Assembly: GCA_013265495.1 (NCBI GenBank)
Contig: MU058221.1
Span: forward strand, 4,590,001 to 4,654,000
Source: Vicugna vicugna
Taxonomy: Eukaryota
Reading direction: 5' to 3'
DNA: 64,000 nt
Below, piece after piece: positions 1 to 12,400 of this stretch. How positions within the stretch are numbered: the first letter of the stretch is position 1; every line of letters starts with the position of its first letter. The notes under the pieces are model-generated. The model did not search any database. It saw only the letters and a program-made list of their open reading frames with translations, and had not been told where the DNA came from. The position numbers were made by a program, and so were the translations under genes.

Positions 1-258
1 AAGTGGGTTCATGGCAAGTCCACGCCTCAGATGTGAATGCTGCTCAGGCCTCACCAGACAGTCACGGAGACAGGAGTGAGTCCATTCTGGAGAACAGACT
101 CTGAAATGGAGAGTCCTGGCACCCGCGTGTCCTCACGTTGGAATTTGGCTTCTACTTACTACTAGAGGAAGTGTCACCAGATCCGAAGTTTTTGAAAGAT
201 AAATTTTGGTTTACAAAAAAAAGGCTCTGATGCTCTCATGTTACATTTCTGGTTCTAG

Positions 259-430
259 GCCATCCTCAGTGGCTTCCTGAGTGACTTCCTACCGGCTGTA
301 AAGCAGACTGCATCAAACATTGTAGAAGCCTCAGTCGAGATCTATAACAGAATGAGCATTGATCTCCTGCCGACACCGGCCAAGTCCCATTACATCTTTA
401 ACTTGAGGGACTTATCCAAATGCGTGCAAG
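259..430 (+). CDS. DNAH6: DNAH6 exon (AAA3 small subdomain), AILSGFL...LSKCVQG
   Basis: ttctag acceptor, G|gtagt donor, 172 nt, phase 0->1. Confidence 0.92.
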
Positions 431-3400
431 GTAGTGTATGGAGCCCACATTGCCTGGCCTGCCCCCTCCTTTCATTTCCACCCACCCCAGATCTCTCAGG
501 AGAGGAGTATGTACATGGGTGTCGGTGACGTGTCTGGAAATCCCACCCCATGTACAAGTCACCTTTGACCCCAGCCCCAGGCTGACTGCTTCAAGCCACA
601 CTCCCATTTCTCACTCCCAGCTGATGGCCTGTCTTCTTTTTCACTGAAAAAACAAGCAAGCAAGCCAGAACTGCCTCCTCTTCCAAATCTCCCAGACGAC
701 CCGCATCTGCCTGCCTTCCTACTGCAGTGGTCCCGCTGTGCCTGCCCCTCTCGGGTGCCAGTACTCCCTCTGGTGCTGAGCCCCATCCCCTCCTGCCTAC
801 GCGAGGAGTTCGCTCTTGTATTTCCTGCTTCTCTTCCCCAGCGTCCGTGCTTCCTCTTCTGTTGGGTCGTGCTTAACAGCGTAGAAACCTGCTGTAACAC
901 CTCTCATCTTAGAAAAGAATTCTCTCTAGGCCACATACCCTGCTTCTGCTACCTTCCCCATTTTCACTGATAATGTGTCCCAGCTTTGTTTCACCATTGT
1001 CATGTGTGTATACGTGTATGTCCACTGGGGGACCACTCATTCCTGGGAGTGTGGGGGTAAAGCTGGACTTCAGGATTTTCTGGTTAATTCAGCTATTACT
1101 AGATATACCACAAATGTAGAATTTTTCTTCTTTTCTTCAAAAAACAGGTATCCTCCAGTGTGATCCAGGAACAATAAGAGAAGAATTACAGATATTTAGA
1201 CTCTTTTGCCATGAATGTCAAAGAGTCTTCCATGATCGTTTGATTAATAATGAAGATAAGCACTATTTCCATGTTATTTTGACAGAAATGGCCAGTAAAT
1301 ATCAACCTTTATTCAGCTGTTCTTTCTTTCTGTTTTCTTTTTTCTTTTTTTTGAGTAGAGAAGCAGTTTGGTTTCTAATCCTAGCCATTAGACCACCAGG
1401 GAGACGCAACTGGGTTCCTAAAAGGAAAATTAAAATGAGCAAGATGAACCGTAGTCATTGATGAGTAAAAGTTTTTTTTCTTCAATGACCCAAATATAGA
1501 ACAGCATATGAAATATTGTGAAAGTCATTTTATGGAAATTCAGGAAGGTTTGATATTCTTAATACTGTTTGGAATTTTAAGTAGAGGAGGGAAAGCAGAA
1601 AAAACAGCGTTTTGCCTGCTAGGAAGCCAGGATATTTCTAGAGTACTTCTGATTTATTCATATGTATTCAGTATCTATTAGTTAATAAAATGTTTATGAA
1701 TTTTGAATATTCTGAATCTTAGATCCGGGGGATAATCAAACTGAAGTGTTCTGGTATTAACACGGCTTTCTCTCAGTTTCATGTATACTTATGTTAAGGC
1801 TTCTAAGTAAAGTAATGCTTGTTATAATTACGTATATTACATCATTAATATCCTGCATTCAAGCTTATCATTATACTAAAAATTAACTATTTTTTGAACA
1901 GACAAACATTTTGGAATTGCAATAGGTCTGGAATACTTTTTGACTAGGCCCATCATATTTGGAGACTTCATTAAGGTAAGTCCGTTGACCTGACTACATT
2001 TGAAGGTTATAAAGCATTTACCATTCTCTAGTTCAAGTTCATATTCTGCAGGAGCTTTGCACATGTGAAGATTAAGGATCTAAACTGGGGGTCTGCAAAC
2101 TATGTCCCACAGGCCAGATCCACCCACCACGCATTTTTGTAAATGAAGTTCTGTGGGGACGTAGCCACGCCCATTCGACTGTGTGCTATTTGTGTGGTGG
2201 CTTTCTGGTTAGAAGACAGAGTGGGGTGGCAGCCACAGACACCGTATGCCCTGCAAAGCCTAAAATATCTACTGTCTGGCTCTTTGGAGAAAAAGATTGC
2301 TGACTTCTAATCTAGTTACATTCATTCTGGTAATAGTTTGAATCAGAGACCCATCGGGGATTCAGTTTGGAAGGAAGCAAAGAGGTGTAGTCTCTCAACT
2401 CAGGGCTGGGATCCCCTTTACAAGGGCCTGTGTAGCTCTTCAGCCTCCGCTCACATGTTTCCAGGCCTGGGAAGCCGGTTAGTTAGCAGTGCTGCCTTCT
2501 TCCTTGCAGGGTAGCTCTAGTTAGTAGCAGAGTTTTCCTTATATTAAATTCCTCAAGTCTGTCCCCGCCATAACATCTACACTCACACCCTAATTTTACC
2601 CTCTAGATCTCCCTAGAACAGACTTGTCCTAGATGAATGAACCTCATTCTAGGTTAGAAGACTTCCGTCTAACCTTCCGGCCTGCAGTCCCAGGCAGCCA
2701 TCTGGTCTGACCATGTCGGCTCTTGTGTGGGAACCGCATTCTCAGTGTCTCTGAGAGGGAAGGGCCGTGTCTGTTTTGTTCACCCTAAATCCCCAGTGTC
2801 CTGCACAGAGCTGAGTATACAGCAGGCTCTCAATCAATGCTGTTTGAACAAATGAATGGACTCATCTTTGTATTACACATATGCAATACCTCACCACTCT
2901 GGTAACCCCTGAAAACTAAAAAGAAATAATAGAAGCAATTTATTTGTATGAACTCTATTTAAACGTCTTCTTAAAAGCAAAGTCCAAAGCTTGTTTTCAG
3001 GTGGTGATTCTATTTCCTGTGTGTTTCTAGTGATGTCACTATAAAACGGGGGAGTGGAGCAAAGCAGAAAGCAGTGCTGGGCTCTCCTCCCAATACCTCT
3101 GTGGATTTTAGCTAGTGGTTCCCAAAGAAAGTGCCCCCTGGGGGCAGTTGTCACAGCCACGGCAAGTCATCATCAGCAGGTCCCAGCAGGAACTCAGTTC
3201 CCTGGAGTTTACACCAAATATCATTCTCAGCGATTAGTTAAGTGACTGCTGTGTAAAAACTACATATAGTTCTGACATGATTTTTTTTATAACCACCACA
3301 GTCTGCCATTCGTAATGTTCAACCATATCGCTTTTCTGATGTCAACAGCCTAAGAGCAAAAATATAAAACCAGAGTAACGTGAAAAAACTTTGAAAACCA

Positions 3401-6400
3401 TTTCTGAGCTCCTGTGTGAGTTTTATTGCAAAGGTCATTGAAATTCCAACATACCGCTTGAAGAGGTTAAATTAAATGGATTTTTTACCTAGCCATGAAA
3501 ATCTGATTTAATTTAATCCTATTTCCTTGGTTTTGAAGCCCTGCTAGCATACTTCAGCGACTGATTAAATAGAAACATAGATAAAATAATGTTGTCTCCT
3601 GAGGTTATGCACATTATATATATTATACGTCAGAATTGATCCAACTTGGTTCTTCTCCAATGAATCACCTTACAGTTTGGAGCGGATAAGAGTGATCGGA
3701 TTTATGATGACATGCCTGATATGGAGAAAATTGCAAACGTTCTGCAGGACTATCTGGATGATTATAACCTTATTAACCCCAAAGAAGTAAAGCTGGTGTT
3801 CTTCCAAGATGCCATAGAGCACGTTTCAAGGTATTGTGCCATGAAGTGCCCAATAATGCATTGACCCAATTTCTTTTGTATTAAAAGGTAAGGATTCAGT
3901 TGTGCTCAAGTCTTTAAGTAGGTTGCTAGATGGACAAAGTTCTGTTAGCAAATCTCGCTAGAATTTAAATGTTATTTTTTGATACATTTAAAATACATGT
4001 GTCATGAACTTTCTGTGGAATCTCAGGGGTTATTTCTTTTTTTTAATTTTTTTTTTTACGGGGGAGAGGCAATTAGGTTTATTTACTTATTTATCTTTAA
4101 TGGAGGTACTGGGGATTGAACCCAGGGCCTTGTGCATGCTAGGCGCACACTCTACCACTGAGCTACACCCTCCCACTATTCTTCTAAATATTTAATAGAT
4201 TGATTTTGTTTTGTAAATGTCCTGTCTCATTACAAAAAAGGACCTATGGTGGTTTGCGGTATTCCCAGGCCAGGGACATGCCTTCCTAGAGAAGTAGTGG
4301 GGGTCAAGATTATAGCAAAACAAATTGAATGCAAGGATCATAGATTCCATCTCCTCACGAGTCTGACTCATACCCACTGCAGGTGTCCTTTGAGGGTCGT
4401 CCCTGACACCTAGGTATCCAGCCTGAGTGTCTGCAGTCCTTGGGGCACACGTGACTTTTTTAAGTGGCTCGTGTCCTATTGAACAATTCCTAAATTGTTA
4501 AAATGTGTAAAACGTGTTAAACTGACCGTTGGAGGGAAAGGCGAAATCTGCTCCCTGTGACTCCTGGTGCTCCCTTCACCCTGCTGAGCAGTAATAATTA
4601 TAATGGCACTTGGTGTGAATATAAACCATGAGATGGGGTATCTCATTTAACTCTGATATCATCTCTCGATGGCTCAGTACCAGAATCTTTCTAGACACAA
4701 GGCCCAGAGAACGTTCAGTGGTCTGCTGCTGCACAATAAGCCACGAATACTCGGTGGCTTCATTTGTTCACGATCTCCCAGGGCTCCCAGCCATTCCCTC
4801 CTGGATCTCCGCTCGGTTGCACCTGGCACGTCCCTGCCTCCGTGCGGACCCCACCATCTCTCCAGCACGGCGGCACCAGTGTCGGGGCTGCTTACACGGT
4901 GGCTCAGGGCTCCAAAGGCTTGTGCCCAAAAGAGAGCGAGCCAGGCAGAGGCCCCTTCTTGAGTTTTTAAACTGTATTCACACTTCCCTGTGCACCTTCA
5001 CAGAATCTTTAAAGAAGGGTTTGCAGGTGGTTAACTCGCTGAGCAATAACATGATAGTTTCCCCGCTAACCGTGGCGGAATGCCATTTGTAAAACGGATG
5101 CCTGAGGCCAGCCCAAAATTATTTGTCTCTTTGGGAGTAATCCATTATATCTACTTTTTAGATGCTCACGAGTTTTCAATTATGTCTAAAATAGAGATCC
5201 GTATTTCATATATTGATTCACGTGTGCGTGACTACATAACAGTCACCTGCACGCACACACACACATATTTTGTTTTATATTCATATACCTCCTAGAAAAC
5301 ATTTCGAGTTTTGCTTCTCTTCTTTGGCTTCGTTTGCAGACCCCTAGCGAAGTCCTCAGATCTGTGGGCTCAGCTCACAGTTCTGTCCCCTCATGCCTCT
5401 CCTGCAGTTCCTCAGGGATCCCATTTGTTTCTCCTAGATTTGTCCTCCTTACCTTTCATTTTCTCTCTTGTCATTTTAATATCATTTTTTTTTCCTCTGA
5501 GTTCTGGGTAACGTCCTTGACTTTGTCTTCTACTTTCCCTGTTCAGTTTTCCATGGTGTCCTATGTGCGAGGCCCATCCATCTTCCACTGCGGTTTTCAA
5601 TCTGGTAGTCACATTTTTCCATCTCCAATCAGTTTTTCCTAATCTTAAATTTTTTTGCCCCTTTCTGAGTGCTCGCTCTAGTATCATGACAGCAACTTTC
5701 AAAAATTCTAATTGTTAACCTGAATCATAAATTTTCTAAAATTTTGTTGGTATGGAAAATCCATTTCAATTACCTTCCCCCACCAAAAAAAAAACCTACA
5801 AAAGGAAAAAGAAACTCCATTTCGGATTATTCCTGTTGATCTCTCCTGAGCTGCAGTGGCTTTTCTGCTTGCTCATCCTTACAAACGGAGAGCCAGGCGA
5901 ACTCAGTGTGCCTGGCCAAGGCCAGCAGCCTGTAGGACGTGGGGAGAGGCGGGTACCAAGAAAAGCCCGGCAGTGCTTTTCTCCCAGCGAGGACCTCAGA
6001 CCTGCCCTGCTCTTTCCGGTGGCCTTTTGCTCCGGGATGACCCTCTGAGCAGAAGCCACATCGTACACTTGACATAAAACTTCCTCTGCTTCTTTTTTTT
6101 TAAAATCGTTCTCTGCTTTGCTGCCCCCAGGATTGCCCGCATGGTTCGTCAGGAAAGAGGCAATGCCCTGCTGGTTGGGGTGGGCGGCACAGGAAAGCAG
6201 TCCCTCACGAGGCTCGCAGCCCACATATGTGGTTACAGATGTTTGCAGATTGAGCTGAGCCGGGGGTACAACTATGACAGTTTTCACGAAGACCTGAGGA
6301 AGTTGTACAAACTGGCTGGTGTCGAAGACAAGAATATGGTTTTCCTCTTCACGGACACCCAGGTACATATTTAAATATCCAAAAAGCAAGAACAGGAAAA

Positions 6401-9400
6401 GGATGAGTGTTACAATCACGTGTGAGTGTCGAATAGACTGTCCGACAGCGTTCAGGGAATTCCTCCCTCTGCTAACAGAGCTCCTGGACCTTGTAAACGA
6501 CTTTTAGAGTAATTTTTTTTTCCTTCTTTTACCAACTACTGTTTCCCTCTGTAAACTCTCAGTAAGTAAATGTTCAAGAAAATGTGACGGGTTTTTAAAT
6601 TTTTCTTAGAGGGGGAAGACATGAACAGCAAAAGGTAATGAACTATTTCTGTAGAGGTAAATCTAAGAAAGTAATTCCCTAAGTGAAGTCAATTAGGAAA
6701 ATATGCTTTACTCAAGAAAAGGAAAAAATAATGGCTGTGTTTTGGTTAAATTAACTCTAAAATTAAAATAGGATTACATCTATGCCTACAACAACCGATT
6801 TAATTGATCTTAGAGGATTTTCTACATTGATTATACTTGAGTATTTTAACATTAGGGAAAATAAACATTTGTAGAAGTTAGCCAAGGAATAAAAAAGTGA
6901 TCTGATGCATAAATATTTTAAAGTCCATTTTAATTTTGAAAACACCATAAACACGATTAAGTGCAATCCTAAAATGGGAAAAATACGTTTAACAGCTGTG
7001 ACATGCAGTGAGTTTATATCTGAATATGTAAATATGTTTTACAAATGAAAAAGGATCATGCAGCTGAGTGTGTGCCCACCACTGACTCCGGCCCCATCGC
7101 TGCTGGCACCTGGAGACGCTGCTGGGGACGCCAACACCCCTTGCAGCCAACGCAGACCCCCTGCAGTGGTCGCCAGGGGACACACAGTTGTCAATAACTG
7201 TGGACCCCAGTGGCCTGAGCCAAAGAGAGATAAACCTCCCCATACCACGTGCCCCCCCAACACGTGATGTCCTGCACCACTAGACCTGGGGTCCCAGTAG
7301 GCTCCAGCCTGCTCCCACCCACAGGGAAAACCAAAGTCACTCCACAAAGTCTGGAAGATATAGACACTTATGTATGTCTATAGGGATGATGAAGAATTGG
7401 GGAACCGTGACTCCGCCAAAGAAATACAGTCAACCTCCAGAAACTGGCCCCCAGAAATGGAGATCCACAAATTGCTCCACAAAGAATTCAAAATAATTGT
7501 TCTCGGGCAGCTATAAGAGAACACAGATCAACAATTTCATGCCATCAAGAAAACAATGCAAACACAAAATGACGGAGAGTGACGTCACCAAGATGGCGAT
7601 ATAGGTCAGTCCCAACTTCACTCCCCTTCACAAGAGCAACTAACAACTATTCGTGGACAAGACACCGCTGAGAAAATCCTAGAGCATGGGGGTAAGGCTG
7701 AAGCAAACCCCTGCACCAAGAGACCAAGACAGACCACACTGGAAGGGTAAGAGGGGCAGTTGCACACCGGCCACATTGCCTTCCCCCAGGCCAGTGCAGC
7801 ACTGTATCAAGAGGTCTGTCCTGAACCTGTGGTTCCTCCAGGGGGAAGGATGCCCAGGTGGGACGTCCAGCTCCCCCGGTGTTGTGGGCTGCATCTTGGG
7901 AGTTTCAGTCTGGTCTCGCATCACGGGGAGGGCACGGGAATCTGCAGCACTCAAACCTCTGGGAACTCGATTGCAACAAGGAAGTCATGGAGGTGTAACA
8001 ACCAGCTCTCAGATCGTGACAGACCAAGTCCTTACCTGCAGCGCCCAAGCAGGGGTCCCAGCCAGCAGCTCTGCTCTTCTGCAGAGCCAGGACGGTGGCG
8101 CAGTCTGACCGGGGAACTCAGTAGAATGCTGGTCCATCTGATCTGAGGTCCTCAAATGAAGAGCCTTGCCAGCCCCGGAGCCTGGTCCGCCCCCCGATCC
8201 ACCCAGGCAGGGGAGCTGAGCCTTACCATGCTTACTGTTGAGTGTACCTCCTGGCCCCATCCAGCTAGAAAGCCTGGTCAGAACATCTGGCAATCTGTGT
8301 AGCCCAGCAATGCTCAAGTGGAAAGTTTGGCAGACACAGTAGATTGTCCACAGGGCAAAGCCTGTGGCAGTGTCCAGTCAAGGAACTTGGGGAGACTGAA
8401 GTGTCTTTTTCACACTGTGTATTCTTGTCTCCTTTGTTGTAGATTAATTGCTCATATAAGTGTTATTTCTGGATTCTCTATTCTGTTCCATTGATCTATG
8501 AGTCTGTTTTTGTGCCAATACCATACTGTTTGATTACTATAGCTTTGTAATATAGTTTGAACTCAGGGAGCATGATACCTCCAGCTTTGTTCTTCTTTCT
8601 GAAAATTATTTTGGCTATTCAGGATCTTTTGTGTTTCCATACAAATTTTAGAATTGTTTGTTAAAATTCTGTGAAAAATGCCATTGGTATTTGGATAGGT
8701 ATTGCATTGAATCTGCAGATCGATTTGGGTACTATGGTAATTTTAACATTATTAATTCTTCCAATCCATGAATATAGTGTATCTTTCTTTCCATTTGTTT
8801 GTACCGTCTTCAGTTTCTTTCCTCAGTGTCTTATAGTTTTCCTAGTTCAAGTATTTTACTTCCTTAATTATATTTATTCCTAGGTATTTTATTATGTTTG
8901 ACATAATTGTAAATGGATTGTTTTCATAATTTCTCTTTCTGATAGTATGTTGTCAGTCTATAGAAATACAACAGGTTTCTGTATATTAATTTTGTATCCT
9001 GCAACTTTGCTGAATTTCATGGGTGTGTTCTAATAGATTTTTAGTGCATCTTTAGGATTTTTCTATGTATAGTATGATGTCATCTGCAAAAAGTGACAGT
9101 TTTGCTTCTTCCTTTCCAATTTGGATTCCTTTTCTTTTTCTTGTCTGATTGCTGTGTTTAGGACTTCCAGTATTATGTTGAAGAAAAGTAGTAAGTGTGG
9201 GCATCCTTATCTTGTTACTAATCTTAGAGGAAACACTTTCAGCTTCTCTTGGAGTATGATGTTAGCTCCGGCCTAGTCATAATGGCCTTTGTTATGTTGA
9301 GGTATGTTTCCTCTATACCCACTTTGTTGAGAGTTTTTATCATAAATAGATGTTGAATTTTGTCAAAAGTTTTTTCTGCATCTGTGGAAAGGATCATATA

Positions 9401-12400
9401 ATTTTTGTTTTTCAGTTTGGTAATGTGGTGTATCACATTGATTTATTTGTGGACATTGAACCATCATTACATCCCGAGGATAAATCCCACTTGATCATGG
9501 AGTATGCTCTTTTTTAATGTATTGTTGAATTCAATTTGCTAATATTTTGTTGAGGATTTTTTCATCTATGTTTATCAGTGATATCACCTGTAATTTTTGT
9601 GTGTGATGTCTTTGTCTGGTTTTGGTGTCAGGGTGATACTGACCTCATAGAATGACTTTGAAAGCAGTCCTTCCTCTTCAACTTTTTGGGATAGTTTGAG
9701 GATAGGCATTAACTCTTCTTTAAATGTTGGTAGAATTCACCTGTAAAGCCATCTGGCCTTTGACTTCTGTTTGTTGGAGTTTTTAATTACTGATTAAATT
9801 TCATTACTGGTAATTTGTCTGTTAATATTTTCTATTTCTTTCTGATTCAGTCTTGGGAGATTGCATGTTTCAAGGAATTTACCCATTTCTTCTAGGATGT
9901 CCATTTTATTGGCATATAATTGTTCATAGTAAACTCTATGATCCTTTGTATTTCTGTGATGTTAGTTGTAACTTCTCTTTCATTTCTGATTTTATTTATT
10001 TGTACCCTCTCTCTTTTTTTCTTGATGAGTCTAGCTAAAGTTTTATCAACTTTTGTTTGTTTTCAAAGAACCAGCTCTTAGTTTCATTAATCTTTTGTAT
10101 TGTGTTTTAGTCTCTGTTTCATTTATTTCTGCTATGATCTTGATTATCTCTTTCCTTCCACTAACTTTGGGTTTTATTTGTTCTTATTCTAGTTCCTTTA
10201 GATGTAAAGTTACGTGGTTTACTTGAGATTTTTCATGTTTCTTGAGGTAGGCTTGTATCATATAGTAAATTTTGCTCTCAGAACTGCTTTTGCTACATAT
10301 CATAGATTATGGATCATGTTTTTATTTTCATTTATCTCCAGATGTTTCTTATTTCCTTTTTGATTTATGCAGTGACCCATTGGTTGTTTAGGAACATATT
10401 GTTTAGCCTCCACATGTTTGTGTTTTTGCAGTGTTTTTTCCTTGTAGTTGATTTCTCGTCTCATAGCATTATGGTTGGAAAAGTTGCCTGATATGATTTC
10501 AGCCTCCTTAAATTTATTGAGAATTGTTTTGTGGCCTAGCATATGCTCTATCCTGAAGAGTGATCCATGTGCACTTGGAAAACAAAATGTGTATTCTGCT
10601 GTCTTGGGTGGAATGTGTTATATGTATTTTATATATATTACCTCAAAGAATTATATATCCTGTTTGCGCTGATCCTGTTTGGGACTCTCTGTGCTGCCTA
10701 GACACGAATGTCTGTTTCCTTTCCCAGGTAAAGAAAATTTTCACCTATTATTTCTTCAGATAAATTACCTGCTCCTTTCTCTCTCTCTTCTCCTCTGGGA
10801 CCCCTGTAATGTAAAAGTTAGTACTCTCAAAGTTGTCCCAGAAGTCTCTTAAACTATCCTCATTTTTTTAAAATTATTTTTTCTGTTCAGCTTAGGTGAC
10901 CTCCATCACTCTGTCTTTGCTGTTCCATTCCTCTGTATCATCTAATCTACTGTAGCTTCCTTCTAGTGAAGCTTTTATTTCAGTTATTGTATTCTTCAAC
11001 TCTGTTTAGTTCTTCTTTATGTATTTTTTATATTTAAATTAAACCACATGATTTAATTTACTGGCTGCTTAATCCTAATCCTCTGAAGCTAAAAAAAAAA
11101 AGCAACAACAACAATAAGTTATAATTAACTGTTAACATTAATGAATTTTAACTCTTTATTAAACTTCTCACTGTGTTCATCCACTCTTCTCTCAAATTCG
11201 TGAGCATTTTTATGATCATTACCTTGAACTCTCTATCAGGTATACTCCTTATCTCCACTTTACTTAGTCCTTTGCTCTGTAAATAGTTGTAATTTTGGTG
11301 TGCTGTAGGCGGAGGTGAGCTCAGGGTCATCCTACATGAGACATCTTGGCTTCTCCCTCAAGGTTATTGTCTCTTAAAGATAAAATTAACTCAGTGTGAA
11401 TTTTGGATCAAATCTGTGCTTTATAATTTACATGCAGTGAATGTAAAATAGCTGGGCGAGTTATAATGATCCCTCTGCTCTCTTCTGTAGATTGTAGTGG
11501 AAGAGTTCCTAGAAGATATAAATAACATCCTGAACTCGGGTGAGGTGCCTAATTTATTTGAAAAGGATGAACTGGAGCAGGTTTTAGCAGCCACCAGGCC
11601 AAGAGCAAAAGAAGCAGGAATTTCTGAGGGGAACAGAGATGAGGTAGGACTTGTCAGGACAGTAATATGGCTTTGGAAAACAAAGAGTTGTCTTAGCCTT
11701 TTTCCAGTGGTCCAAAGATCCCCGTGAGGGGTCCATGGATAGAATTTTTTCAATACAATTTGCTTCCTCTGTAATTGTATGTTTTTGAATCTCCGACATT
11801 TAAAGTGTTGGTTCATCAGATTTTAAGAAAAGGTTATGGAAGGCAGAAAACAGAAACCCTGCTGCCCCCATGGAGGTCATAGTTCTGTCTGAACTAGAAA
11901 GCTTCTCTTATTCTTTTTAAACACAAATTTACTTCACACACTCCCAGAGCCCTGCCTAAGGAGTTCAGTTCTTTTGACTCCCTTTCCCATCAGCAAGATC
12001 ATGAAAGGCATTACCATTCTCTGTCTCTCTCCCTCTTTCTCTCTCTCTTACACACACACAGACACACAAAACACAGCTGCTGTCCACTTCCGCTTCTCCA
12101 ACACTGTGCTAGATTCTGGAGGCTACTGTTTGTCTACCCCAGGCCTTTCCCTTCTTCCTGCACCTTCTCTAACTTTTTTTGGCCATTCTCCCATGTCTTC
12201 CCTTCTGTGTCCTTTCATGGGAACTCCCTCCACTGCAAGGTCAGGGCGTATAGGTACAGACAGCGGGGTCTGCTTCAGCTAGTGTAAGCAGAAATGGCTT
12301 CATTCGAGGGGCACAGCACCATTGGGAAGGCCAAAAAAGGGGTTCTAGACTGAATCCTTTGGAATTAATATGAAATGACACTGCAGAGGTCAACGGTCAG

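Noticed and set aside
4100..4174. tRNA gene-like A/B boxes (also at 17023 and 21587)
   Set aside because: These are SINE heads followed by a shared SINE body and A-tail, two of them with TSDs; they are not tRNA genes.
5796..6419. 207-aa minus-strand ORF
   Set aside because: Antisense shadow of the DNAH6 exon 6131-6362 plus GC-rich intron; no recognisable domain.
8401..11357. Active L1 retrotransposon
   Set aside because: ORFs are broken by stops, frameshifts and large deletions; the same holds for the other L1 copies visible in the window.
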